Assembly (NCBI GenBank): GCA_964035545.1
Contig: CAXIUT010000036.1
Span: 1 to 24,086 of the forward strand
Reading direction: 5' to 3'
DNA from: Bugula neritina
Taxonomy: Eukaryota; Animalia; Bryozoa
Length of the DNA: 24,086 bases
Under the pieces are notes generated by a model that ran no database searches, was not told the origin of the DNA, and saw nothing but the letters and a program-made list of their open reading frames with translations. The position numbers were made by a program, and so were the translations under genes. This document shows positions 1 to 12,852 of this stretch, in pieces (position 1 is the first letter of the stretch; every line of letters begins with the position of its first letter).

Positions 1-123
1 CCCAACCCCAACCCCAACCCCAACCCCAACCCCAACCCCAACCCCAACCCCAACCCCAACCCCAACCCCAACCCCAACCCCAACCCCAACCCCAACCCCA
101 ACCCCAACCCCAACCCCAACCCC
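1..123 (+). repeat. Left telomere, (CCCCAA)n
   Basis: Perfect C4A2 repeats from base 1 to 123, the telomere unit of Tetrahymena-type ciliates. Confidence 0.99.
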
Positions 124-427
124 TATGGTAAATAAGATATTTTTAGTATTAGTATTAAATTAAATGATTATAAAGTTATGATAAATTCTATAAAATATAT
201 GAAAATCAGATTAATATAAAAGGAAATATTAAAAGAAAAGATTTATACGTTTTTTTTCTTTCCTATTGATAGATAAAAGCTATTATAAAAAAAATATCAA
301 ACAATATATTTTATGTTTAATCTTACAAAATCTAATTTCAAAGCATTATTTTTTTTTGTATTTGCTTAATTTCTAATAGATTATGAAATTTATCTTATTT
401 ATATAGTAATTTATCTTTTCAACAATA

Positions 428-3400
428 ATGGGGAAAAAAATAGTTCAAGAAGAATAATAGTAAATCTAAGAAGAATAATAACTCTAAGAAGATCAACTAT
501 AAAAACTCTTCAAAAAAACAACTTCTAAAATGATATCTAGTTAGCAAGGATATCCCCAAAAAAACAAAAGTGCATGTAAAAAAAACAAAAATTCATTTAT
601 ACTTGACCAAATTAAATCGCATTAACAGAACTAAAAATTAACAAGTATTTTTTCTGATTGTATTGATATTTAAAGAAAATAAAATTTTCTATTAGATTTA
701 GATAAGAAGAACAATCAAGAATAAAGTTTGAAGTTTTCATAAAAAGAATAATTAATGTAGAAAGCTATTTATTTTTTAAATGAAAATAGTTTAAAAAATT
801 CTATCAATTGTTTAGAAGAAATTATTCTTTTTAAACTTTCCTGATACTAAATAAATGATCTAAAAAAATAAAATTGAAACGAAATGTTTTTAGAGAGAGA
901 TAATAAAAAATATATAAGCTATTGAAATAAATCCGAGTAATATAGAAGCTTATCATAAATTAGGAGATATATTTGGGGATATAAATAAACCATAATAAGC
1001 GATAAAATGTTTTCAAAAAGTAATCAAAATAAATAAAAATGACTCCAATGCTTTCTATAAGTTAGGCTGTACTTTTAAAGAAATTAATAAAGACTAATAA
1101 GCTATTTAATCTTATAAAAATGCTATTGATATTAATCCTAATGATTAAGACGCTTTGAATAACTTAGGGATTATCTTAAGTCATTTAAATAAACCTTAAT
1201 AAGCAATAAAATGTTATAAATAGGCAATCAAAATAAATCCGAAATCAACCTAAGCTTTTTTTAATCTAGCACTAGAATAAAATAAATTGTAATAAAATTA
1301 GAAATAAATTGAATGCTATAAAAAATTTATTGAATTCAATTCTAATGATTCAGAGGTTTTTTATAATTTAGGAAATATATATTATTAAAAAAACAAAATA
1401 TAATGTGCAATTGAATATTATCGAAAAGCTGTTTAAATAAATCCAAAAATGTCATAAGCTCTTTTTAATTTAGCAATAGCACTTAGTGATATAAATAAAG
1501 ATCAATAAGCTATTATTTATTATGAAAAAGCTCTTTAAATCAATCCTAATGATTGCTAGATTTATTACAATTATGGAATGGCTTTAAAATAGATAAATAA
1601 AGTTAATTAAGCTATAGAATGTTATAAAAAAGCTATAAAAATCAATCCTGATTATTTCTAGGTTTATTATAATTTAGGAGTATTACTTCAAGAAACTAAC
1701 TAAATAGAATACGCAATAAAATGTTATAGAAAAGCTATTGAACTAGATCCGAATGATTCATAATCATTTATTAAATTAGGAAATATTTATGATTAAATAA
1801 CTTAAAATAATAAGCAATCCAATCCTATGAAAAAGCTATTTAGGTAAATCCTTAGTGTATTAATGCTTATTTTAACTTAGGTATATTATTGCAGGATTAA
1901 AATCAAACTTAGAAAGCAATATAATATTTTATAAAAGTTCTTTAAATAGACCCTTATTATTAAAATGTTTTTCATACTTTGGGAGTTGCACTTCAATAAA
2001 TAGGTAAAAATTAACAAGCTATTCAATGTTATCGAAAAGCAATCGAATGTAATAATAATTTTGTAGGTGCCTATAATAATTTAGGATCAGTATTTTTTCA
2101 AATCAATAAACCTAATTAAGCCATAAAATGTTATAAAAAATCTATTTAAATAGATTCTAGTGATTCAGAAAACATATTATAATTTAGGAGTTATATATTA
2201 TGAAATAAATGATCCCAAAAAAGCAATAAAATATTTGAAAAAAGCTATTAAAATAGATTCTAATTAAATAGATGCCTATATTAACTTAGGGGCAGTATTT
2301 AACTAAATAGATAAACCTCAATAAGCAATAAAATATTTAAAAAAAGCTATTTAAATAGATTCTAATGAGTCAAATGCATATTTTAATTTAGGATCAAGTT
2401 TTAGTAAATTAGATAAGCCAAAATAATCAATAAAATATTTTAAAAGGCTATTTAGATAAATTCTGATGATTCAAGTGCATATTTTTAATTGGGAAAGAAC
2501 TATAGAAAAATAGATAAACATTAATTAGCAATAAAATGTTACAAAAAGGCCATTTAGATATAACCTAACGACTCAAATGCATATTGTAATTTAGGAATTA
2601 TTTTCAAATAGAAAGGTTAATAAAAAAAAGCTGTTTAATTTTTGAAAAAATCTATTAAAATAGATCCATAAAATTTAGATGCCCATATAAATTTAGGAAG
2701 TTTATTTGAAGATATGGATAAAATTGCTTTAGCAACAAAATGTTATCAAAAAGCTATTGAAATCGACCCTTATAATTCAGCTAACTTAAATAATTTAGGA
2801 ACACTATTTGAAGATCAAGGAAAAATAGCAGCAGCAATTAAATTCTATGAAAAAGCTGTTTAATTTGATTAAAATAATTAGATAGCAAAAAATAATTTAA
2901 AAAATATTTTAATTATGGATAGATTATTGTCATTAAAATAATAATAATAAGAATAATAATATTAAAAATAAATAATAAATAGTAATGATGATTAATAATT
3001 ATTTAAATTAGGAAATGCATTTGAAAAAAACAAACAAATAAAATATGCTATTGAATGTTATGATAAATCTCTTTAGATAAATCTATAGAATTAAAAAGTT
3101 CTTTAACAATTAATTTTTATTCTTGATTAAAGCAGATAAGAATTGATAATCAAATATTATTAAAAAGTCTTTTAGATTATGTCCAATAATTAGCGAATAT
3201 ATTTTAATTTAGGAGTTATCCTTGAAAAGATTAATAAAGAATAATAGGCAATTAAATGTTATAAAAAATCAATTTAACTCGATCCACAGAATGAAGAAGC
3301 TTACTTTTACTTAGGATCTTTATTTGAAGATAATAATTTATAATAAGCTCTTTCTTACTATAAGAAAGCTATTGAAATTAATCCAGATAATGATCAAGTT

Positions 3401-6400
3401 CTTTTTAAGATTGGCTATGTATTTGAATAATTAAACAAAAAGAATAAGCAATAAAATACTATCAAAAATCACTTTATATTAATTCTGGTAACTCTGATCC
3501 ATTTGATAATTTAGGATTGATATTTCGTTAATTAAACTAAACACAATAAAAAATTAAAGCTTATAAACAAAAGATTAAAATTAATCCTCATAATAGAGAA
3601 GCTTTGTAATTTCTAGAAATATCTTGCCTGCAGAACGATAAATATTTCTAATTAATAGAATGCTATGACTATAATAATTTTAATACTCCTGGTTTAAAAG
3701 AAGAATATTAAATATTTCAGATGTATATTTTTAATAGTCTAAGTTTGAGAGAATTTTGTTAAAAATCTAAAATATAATAGAATTAAACAAAAAAAAAAAT
3801 CGAATCTTTTATCGTAAAAATTATCAAATAAAACTGTATTATTGAAGCAATCTAATTCATTCCTAAAATAATTTCAACAGACTATAACTCAATTTAGTAC
3901 TTTATCATTTTAAAATAATCTTTGCTTTCAACCAAGTACTTATTATCAGAATAAGTTATTTTCAAATTAAAAAAATTGGCTTTGAGTTGGTATAAAATTC
4001 TCTTAACTTATCACTTCTATTCAATTATACCTTATTTTTTAATACATAAAAATTTGAATAAATTTCTACAATACTTCTTAAGAAATATTGTAAATTATTA
4101 GTTCTAAATAATAAAGAAAAAAGAGATAAGTAGATTTAAACTATAGTTAAATCTAGTTTTTTGAATCAATACTCAATAATTCATTTCTATAAAAGAGATA
4201 ATGATCTTATAAAAGCAATTCTTCAAGATATATTGGAAGAATCAAATGTAAATGTTCAAATTTTTATAAAGGATGATTTAAAAATCAATAAAAATAAATA
4301 TTAAAAAAAGATATATTTATGGTTAAAAATTTTAGATTTCAATAAAGAAAGTAAAAATAAAAAAAAAGCTATGCTCTAGTTTGTCTATACTTTTAGATAC
4401 TTATTAATATAATTTAATCAAAATAAGAAAGTAATTAATTTAATGTTCATGATTTTCAAGTAATTATAAAAAAGAGAATTTATTGATAAAATTTATATAA
4501 ATAGAATAACTTAAGATTTTACAAAAATATCAATTGAAAAATATTTTTTTATTTTGAAAAGTATTTTCAAAGGGATGATTCTCAAAGTTATAACTTTAGA
4601 AAGAAAATTATATCGATCAAATAAAAAGTTAAAATAAATAAAAAGAAAAACATATTTTAATATTTTGATTTTAAAGGGCAAGAATTATTTTTCTGTTAAT
4701 TTTCTGTTAATTAACTTGAAATAGCTGCTTTATAGATAGAATAATTATATTAAAAGAACAAAATTTATTTATAAGTTATTTCTAAAGAAATAAATAATTG
4801 CAAAAATACAAAATATAATAAAAAATTGCAAAAGATCAATATGAAACTAATCAAAAATATAATCAAAAGAAAATAATTTACCACATCTGTTAAAAATATG
4901 ATTTATCTTTTTCAAGAAGATAGAGATAAATATCAATTGAATTTTTTTCAATGTTTAATTAAATCTATCTTTCTTAAATAAAATAATCAAATAAATAATC
5001 TTAAGAAAAGGGTTATAAATAATAACAAAGATTAAATAAATACTTTCTCAGTTTAATAAAGTTACTTTTTCTTAATAATATAAAATAATCAAGCTTTTTA
5101 CCTTTTAATAAAGAAGATAAATATAAATAAAAACTAGAAATAAACTAAAGTCAATAACCTCAAACTTCAAAGTAAAACATAAAATATTAAAGTGAAAAGA
5201 TTCAATAAGAAAAATAATACAAAAGTAGATAATTTTAAAGATATTTTGAAAAATTAAAGGAAGTAGTTGACCTTTTCGATCATCCTCGTTCTTAGTATTA
5301 CCGACTTTTAATAGATAGATAACTTAGTTAGGATGAAAATTAAAGTAAAATCAATTTAATTATAGATTTTTCAAGAGAATATTCATAGAAGTTAGATAAT
5401 AGATAATCATTTTTCTAAATTTTCAAACAATAATTAATTCATATAAATAAATAAAACTTGGAGTAAAAATAATCTTTTGATAATTCTAGAATGAAAAGAT
5501 TCCAAAAGTAATAAATGTTTAATATAGTTAGATAAAATAAAATAATAATTCTTCTTATTTTAATTTGATTTATCCTTATCTGTTATATTTGATTGAAAAA
5601 GAAAGAAGTGAATCTTAAATTAAATATATAGAAAATAAAATAAAATCTATTATTTTGGATTTTAAAAATGAATTTATACCTTTTAAAATTTCTAAAAATA
5701 TTTATAATTTCTCTTAGGAAACATCAAAACTGAAGTATTAAAAATAATAATTATAAATTTTAGAATTCGATATTTGGCCTAATAAATCTATAAATCAGAT
5801 TAAGTTAAAGAACCATTCTTCTAGAATTACAAAAAAACTCAGTTAATAACAAATATAACAAAAATACAATTTTTAATATTAAACATATTTAATGAAACTA
5901 AAACCTATAATAACTATTTTAGAGAATCCTTAATCAAATAAATATTTATAGTTAATTAATAACTAAAATAAATAACATTCTATAAATGAAGATCCTCAAT
6001 AAATAGAAATATATTAGTAAAGTGAATCCTATATAAGAAGTAGTTTTGATAAAAGTGCTTATCTTTCAAAAAGTGAAATAAAAGGTTCATATTAAAAAAA
6101 TAGCTAAAGATATCAATAAGAAAAAACTATTAATAGTATTGTTAAAATTCCAAATGTAAAATAAGAATAGAAATAAATATTAAAACCATTCAATAAATAT
6201 CTTTTTAAAAACTACATTAATCTAATTCAATATCTTTCATCTCAAAAAGTTAACTTTCGATATATAGCTCCTCATTTCTATAATTAAGATATTATTGTAA
6301 AAGCCAATGGAAATATTTAATGGTTTTTGCTTTAAACAGAAAAAGGTTAATCTTCATTTCAATTTTCATCAACTCTTTTGATAAAACATAGTAAAAAACA

Positions 6401-6983
6401 TGATATTTTACAATGGATTAAATGTTTTTCAAAAGGTATTATTTAGTTACAAAGTGCATGTATTCTTCATTATGATCTAAATTTTAGAAATACTATTAAA
6501 TTCTAGAACAAATAATAGTAAATTGGATACATATATAAAATTATAGACTTTGATTGGGCATTTATTGTATAAAATAATAAATAGACTTAAAAATGTTTTA
6601 AATACTTAAAAGAACTAATAAAATAATGGCTAAGTATATAATAGATAAAATTATCATAAAAAGTTGTCAGTCATTTGTTTAAACATATAAATATTTATCC
6701 AGTTAGATTAAAGTTATTAAATGAAATTAAACAGAAAAATATCAAAACAGAATAAAAAGTAAATAAAATTATCTAATAACTTAAACAGTATATGTATTTT
6801 TATAATAAAGAACAATTATTACAAGATTTAAAGGATCTACTAAATAATTAATAATGTTCTTTTCTTGTTAATATTTTAAAAGCTGCAGAAAAGATTTAGA
6901 TCTCAAATGGATGCAATAACAAATAATATTATAAATTTATTTAAGTTGTCAACAAATAAATTCATATTCTCAAGCAGCAATGA
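428..6983 (+). CDS. Large TPR-repeat protein with C-terminal divergent protein-kinase-like domain (~2180 codons; several frameshifts)
   Basis: ATG at 428 begins MGKKIVQEEEEEIEEEEELEEDQLEKLF (TAR=E). It is followed by ~26 TPRs, a long K/N/I-rich middle region, kinase motifs, and TGA at 6981-6983. Frame changes are needed near 830, 1805, 2170, 2445, 3445, 4110-4160, 4780-4840 and 5480. Those within the TPRs are +/-1 A in A-runs. The middle region could contain short introns or a gene boundary. Confidence 0.75.
900..3660 (+). repeat. Tetratricopeptide repeat array, ~26 x 102 nt
   Basis: 34-aa periodicity with consensus EAYYNLG...EEAIKCYKKAIEINP (e.g. EAYHKLG ~948, EVFYNLG ~1356, NAYFNLG ~1865, EAYFYLG ~3299). 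An acidic linker at ~2936-2997 splits the array. Confidence 0.95.
6130..6570 (+). other. Protein-kinase-like domain (atypical, C-lobe motifs not recognisable)
   Basis: SIVKIP (VAIK-like, ~6135), WIKCFSKGIIELQSACILHYDLNFRN (HRDLKxxN-like; HYD at 6468-6476) and YKIIDFDWAF (DFG-like; DFD at 6546-6554). No APE or DxWSxG motif was seen downstream. Confidence 0.75.
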
Positions 6984-7287
6984 ACATAGACAATAATGAT
7001 CTTTATTTTAATTAATTAAAAGATATTTAAACTATGAAGGAATCAATAATATGTATAAAATAAAATCATTATTATATTTTATAAAAATTTGATAAATATA
7101 ATAAATGACTCAATAATATCATAATAATTAATATCTTTTACTACCATCCTAACTTCTTTTAAGTTAAATTATTTTATTTATTTTAAAGTTAAGTCTATCT
7201 TTTTGATGCTATATCAGAATTAGAAAGATAGCTTATCATTATCAAGTATAAATCACATTCATTCAGTTAAGTTCTATAAACAATTAA

Positions 7288-8518
7288 ATGGAACCAGTCA
7301 AAGACTAGTAAATCCAAGCTCTTCTCAACCAAAGCTACCTCAAAGAATCTATCAACCTCAAGTGTCCTTAAGGAAATAAAATAGAAAGAATGTGCACTGA
7401 TCCAGCTTGTCCTAACTCTTTGATCTGCACTAACCCTACTTGCAGTGCATGTTCAGAATATTCTCAAGAAGCTGAGTCAAGTCCTTTGGTTGGTCTTACT
7501 AAAAACCTGAATCGGATGATCGATAACAACAAAGATCTAATGTATGGAGTTTTAAAAATCGATAACAACTTCGTATAAACTTTCAAAGAAAACTAGCAAA
7601 AGTTTATCAAAGGATCACCTTTCAGAAATCTTGATGTTAAAAACCAAAAACTAGTCCAAGAGATTCATAATCACATCAATGGAAAATGTCTTAATGGAAA
7701 AGAAGCAAAAGAATTGTTAAATAAAGTTTTAACTCTCAGTAAAAGTAATAAAAACTAAGAAGTAATAAGAAAGCTAGAAGATTACTAAAAACAAATGAAA
7801 AAATTCAATGAAGCCATATAATAGTTCAGGTAAAATATATTTAATAAACTACATAACGATTTTGATCCAGCTATCTTAAAGAAAGGAGATAAAAATAAAG
7901 ATATTAATAATAATTGTAATTCAGTTATCTTGAAAAAAGGAAATTAAAATGCCTCGAATGAATTTGATTCAGTTATTTTGAAAAAAGGAGATAAAGATTT
8001 TGAACAACAAAAGTTATTTTTGATGGAGGCTTTAAAAAAACCAAAAAGGTTATAACTACTTTATAGAGGATCAGAAAATGATTTTATTGGATTTACTTTC
8101 CATAAAAAATGTGATAACATCTAGCATACTCTTACTTTAGTGAGAACTGAGTTTGGTAAAACTATTGGAGGATATACTAAATACAAGTGGAACCAAGTGA
8201 GTGGTTATCTAAAAGATGTAGGGAAGGAAGTTTTTCTGCTGTCTTTGGACTTAAAGTAAAAAATGATTTGTCAAGATCAAAATTATATAATATACTGTAG
8301 CCATATCTATGGTCCAATATTTGGAGGTAATGATCTCTACATATCTGATCAATGCAATAATAATAACGATTCTAAAGCAAACTTAGGTCATTCCTATAAT
8401 TCTGAAGATAAAAAAATACATTTATGACAATAAGTAGACCTGGAAAGCATTTTCTGGAGCAACCTAAAATCAATATTTTAAAGTGGTTGAATACTAAGTA
8501 TTCAGAGTGATTTGGTGA
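7288..8518 (+). CDS. Cys-rich finger + coiled-coil + TLDc domain protein, paralog 1 (one frameshift)
   Basis: MEPVKDEEIQ...CPEGNKIERMCTDPACPNSLICTNPTCSAC..., then TLDc motifs LLYRGSE, FHKKCDN, TLVRTEFGKTIGGY, GPIFGG.DL.ISD.CN and FKVVEYEVFRVIW-TGA. The A-run at 8410-8416 has 7 A against 6 in paralogs 2 and 4, which breaks the frame. Confidence 0.88.
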
Positions 8519-10249
8519 TCGTCATTCATTTGTTATTTGTAATCAATAAATAATATATATCAAAGTAAATAAGTATAAATATGATCTATCATTACTGTTT
8601 TAAAAAATTGTTTGAATAATATAACAATAAATCAATATAATGTACTGGTAGTTTCAATGATTAAGATCGAATATCAACAAATAGGTTGTGCAGATCTAAC
8701 AGTGAAATATTATTGAAGATTTTGTTGATTTTTAGATATATAAAGAAGGATGTATAAGATCAATAATTTATTAGAACAAAATAAACCAGTTATTGCCAAT
8801 ATAGCTAGATAAATAATTAACAAATCAAATTAAAATAGCAAATCAACTATTAGTCAATAACTAAATAAACAATAATATAATTCAACAGATTAAAATAAGT
8901 AATATTATCTAGAGAATAATCAGCTTTTGATAGCAGTAAAGATAATAAGAAAAAGAAAGAAGGAGAACGAATAGAGAAGCAAACTGGATATCGAAAGTAA
9001 AAATTATCAACTAATGAAGAAGTCTATCTCATGGAAAGAGTGCAAAGAGGACAAATAAAAAAGTTAAAAGAGTTTAAGACATAAGATTTAAAGAGAAATA
9101 AATAATAGTCAACAACAAACAAAAAAGAAGAGAAGAAAACAGACTTTTCAAAAAGACAAGGGGAAAGAGTTAGATTCAAGTTTATCAAGCAGAAAGGGAA
9201 GCAAGTCTTATCATAATAGAAGATAACTTCAATCAAGATAATGAATAGTATCAAAGGTCAAGTAATCAGTAACAAATACGTCTAAATCTAAAGATGAAAA
9301 AGGGAGAGGTATATTCAAAAGAATTTATTAAAGAGAAGTATTATGAAATCAATAATGTCCATTGAAAATAAATACTTTTAGGAGAAGGGTTAATCATTGA
9401 ATAAAAGTGGAATAGTCGTAAGATAATGAGATAAAAGATCACTATTTAGATTTTGTTGATAAAAAGTGAAAATGGATAAGGTATTCGATAATAGTAGAAG
9501 AGTAAGAATGACATAATTCAGATTATTATCCTCAAAATCAAGATAAATGATCAATAATTTGTTCTCTATTTCAATGATTTATCTATTTGTCCAATGTTAT
9601 CATCGAGAAAGGGTTTTGGTATAATATTATTCATAGCTAGTAATTTAATATGATAGATCATAATTAAAAATCATGATAAACATACTCGAATACTTCATTC
9701 CTCCTTACTTCTCATTGCTAGTAGATCGATCAAACCATTTTAGGTATTGAGATTGGTTTTAACAGACAAATAAGCAGGTCCGAGTTCAAAAGTAAACAAG
9801 CAAATGTTAAAAATATTATTTCAATAGAGCTGCATGTCACCTGAAGGACCATGCTTTATCAAGAATGTTAAAGAAATTTATGACTAGCAGAAGAGAAACC
9901 TGTAAGATAAGATTGTACAATTCTAAAAATAATTCATGATTCTTTGTGATTAGGAACGTCTCTTTGATTCACATCGCGACGAATAATTTTATTACAGAAG
10001 TGAAGATCTTATAGAAATAGTATCTGTAATCAACTCTGTCTAGTTATCAATAAAAAATAGAAATCTCAATCTTCACATCCCCTCAAAGAATAAAATAACA
10101 ACTAAACTGGCTACAAAATTATCAATCCCATCAAAATAATAATAAATAGTAAATAAATAACAAACATGTTCGAAGTAAAATAATAATAACCCTCATTTCT
10201 CACTCTTGAACAAACAAATAATAAACGAACAAATCAATTAGAGGATTAT

Positions 10250-11320
10250 TCATTTGATCGAGTTATTATTGGAGATATCCGTGTCAAGTAGTTAATTAGC
10301 TGTATCCATAGTCTCGAGATTGCAATTGTTTGGAGCAATGAACTTCATTAAAGATAAATCAGCATTAGCTATTCTACTGCTGGTTATTAAGACAACAAAT
10401 CCAACTTACCTTTAGAACTGCTTATGCCTGAAGACAGTATCTACTTTCAAGTTAATTTTTTCGATGTAGTTGATATCATCCACTTGATTGTTATGTTGGC
10501 TTAGCATTCTAACGACTTACTCGAACTATTCTTCTTGTTAAGCATCTAGACAAGAAAAGTGATTATCAAATATGTTCAATATTCGATGTCTGTGGTGATT
10601 CTATCTTAATGTGTATGTGATTTCATTCTTTAGTGCTACTGTTACTCTTTAAACTTTTGCTTTTCCTTTGTCAACTACTCAATATATATTGTTTATCATT
10701 GCGAATAAATGAAATTTATCGAATAACAACTTATGTCTTAATCCTGATAAATTTGAATTGATTGGCAACCCGGATAAATGACTGCATCTCGTATTTTACA
10801 AGACCTTTAGTTATCTTAGGATTTATTCTAAATAATAACTATGATAAAAACTAGGAAGGTTGCTAATGCTATTCTGTTTTGAATCTGAATGGAAAAAAGT
10901 ATTGTCCTGGTGGTGTAAATGATCCATCAAAGCTAAGAGAAGAAGATGTTAGAATCTGGCAATGATTCTACCTACTGAATATCTTTTTTATCTATATGAT
11001 ATCACTTCCTCTTTCGATATAGTTAAATTTCATAGACTAGTCATTGACCTATTCATCTTATGAGTCAGAACTTTACATGTGGACTCAGTAGGCGTTAAGC
11101 CATATAATGTTAGTTTGTACTCTATTTCTTTAATTTTACATAAGAACTCTTTTTTTGATTTATCAAGATGACTACCTTTGAACTTGACTGTGATGTCGTT
11201 AGCGTTGACTGGTTATACTACATAGAGATAGACGTAGCCTTCGAGCCTTTACCCTGCAAAATCAAATGGTTTGTTGAATTAAATAAATGCTGATGAGATC
11301 TAGATATGTTGTGATGAATA
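10250..11320 (-). pseudogene. Arrestin-domain (alpha-arrestin-like) pseudogene, copy A
   Basis: Paralogous to 19170-20330. It keeps the LEGYVYLY and PPGQYFFPFRFK motifs, lacks the segment corresponding to ~19602-19710 (CCCCDQG), and has multiple frameshifts. Confidence 0.75.
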
Positions 11321-11555
11321 TTATTTTGATTATATTTCTAACAAAGTCATAAGTATCTCTTGTATCTTGCTACAACTTAATAAATGATAGTACTAGATAG
11401 CATAGTTATCATTTTTAGGATAGAAATAAAATATGACTTACCTAGATTTATTGTTATCTGATAAATAACTATATTATTATTTGATAAAGAACTATATTAT
11501 CATCTGAAAAACAACTTTATTACTGAAGTAAGTCAAGAGTAATATCAACATCTCT

Positions 11556-11636
11556 CCCAACCCCAACCCCAACCCCAACCCCAACCCCAACCCCAACCCC
11601 AACCCCAACCCCAACCCCAACCCCAACCCCAACCCC
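11556..11636 (+). repeat. Internal telomere tract CCCAA(CCCCAA)12CCCC, 81 nt
   Basis: Perfect C4A2 repeats in left-telomere orientation. Confidence 0.99.
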
Positions 11637-12852
11637 TAAGTTAGTCATTGATCATAATTGTATATGATAACCTATAATTTATAAATCATGATAAATATCC
11701 AAAAATAGTACATTCTTTCTACTTACATCCCTTAATACCCAGTTAGTCAAATCACTTGAAGTTGTAAGATAGAGTTAGAACTAACAAATAAGCAATATCT
11801 GAGTCAAAAATAAGTAGGTGAGTAAAAACTTAATCAACATCTATTTACACATAGGTCACTGACATCAATGAAAATGAACCTTTTAACAGGTTGTAGAAGA
11901 AAGTATTGAGGACTATTGATCAAATGCAACTGAATTGCAATGGATTGATAACCAATTTACTTTCTGATATTCGAGAAAATTGTCACATAGAACACATATA
12001 GAAATACTAGCAACTTAGCAACCAGGTTTATTATTTAGAAATAGTTACAAAAAGATGAAATAAAAATAAAGTAATCAAAAACAACTTGACACAAACAAGT
12101 TAACAATGATTAACTATAGATGAAAGGAGTAAGATATATTCTAAGGTTGAAGAAGTAAATATATTAAGGATAGTCAGATAGTTATCCTTGACTTAATCTC
12201 TGATGTAATAAAACTATCTAAAATTATTGCATAAAGAACAAATCAGTTTTTGAAGTTGGAGACCTATTCTTCAAACTGCAACAAATAAGATAAAAAGATA
12301 GTTATTGATAAAAAGGATGTTAATAAACAGACAAATAAACAGCTAGTCAACAGATAATATATAATACCGAATAGATGTCACAAATGGAACCTATGGATGA
12401 CAACTATAATAAAATATATTTGATCGTAAGTGTAAAGAACCAAATAGTGATTGTTGTTGACTATTTCGGGTCAAATGTTGAAATAAGGGAAGGATCAAAG
12501 TTAATAATCTCAGAGTACTTTTATATAAAGAAAAGACTTAGTTGAGTCTATTTAATATTCTTATTGGATATATTAGTAGAGTAGATAAATATTGAAGACA
12601 AGTCCAGTTCATTGATATTAAATAACTTTGAAGCACAATGGATTAGTTAGAAATAGATACAACTGAAAATCATAGCTTTGTTCTAAAATACAATCATTAT
12701 TTAATACCAATAAGATAACAATCGGTATAACTTTTCAATATATTTTTGAATGAAAGAACTTTCTTCAACTTTATTTTCTATATAAAAATAAATTCATCCT
12801 TTTTAATATGATTTTATTAATATTTTTAATTTGCAAGTATAAATCATTAAAA

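Larger units (their letters stand above)
8050..12710 (+). repeat. Segmental duplication, copy A (TLDc 3' half + flank + arrestin pseudogene + spacer)
   Basis: Collinear similarity with ~17810-21720, ending at the shared CATAGCTTTGTTCTAAAA (12671 / 21687). Copy A has an extra ~9300-10125 and the internal telomere tract. Confidence 0.92.

Noticed and set aside
1795-3450. Euplotes-type programmed +1 frameshifting at AAA-TAA
   Set aside because: TAA is a sense codon here, telomeres are C4A2 rather than C4A4, and the shifts go in both directions. Sequencing indels are the simpler explanation.
900-3660. CRISPR-like regular repeats
   Set aside because: The 102-nt periodicity is protein-coding TPR degeneracy, with no identical repeats or spacers.
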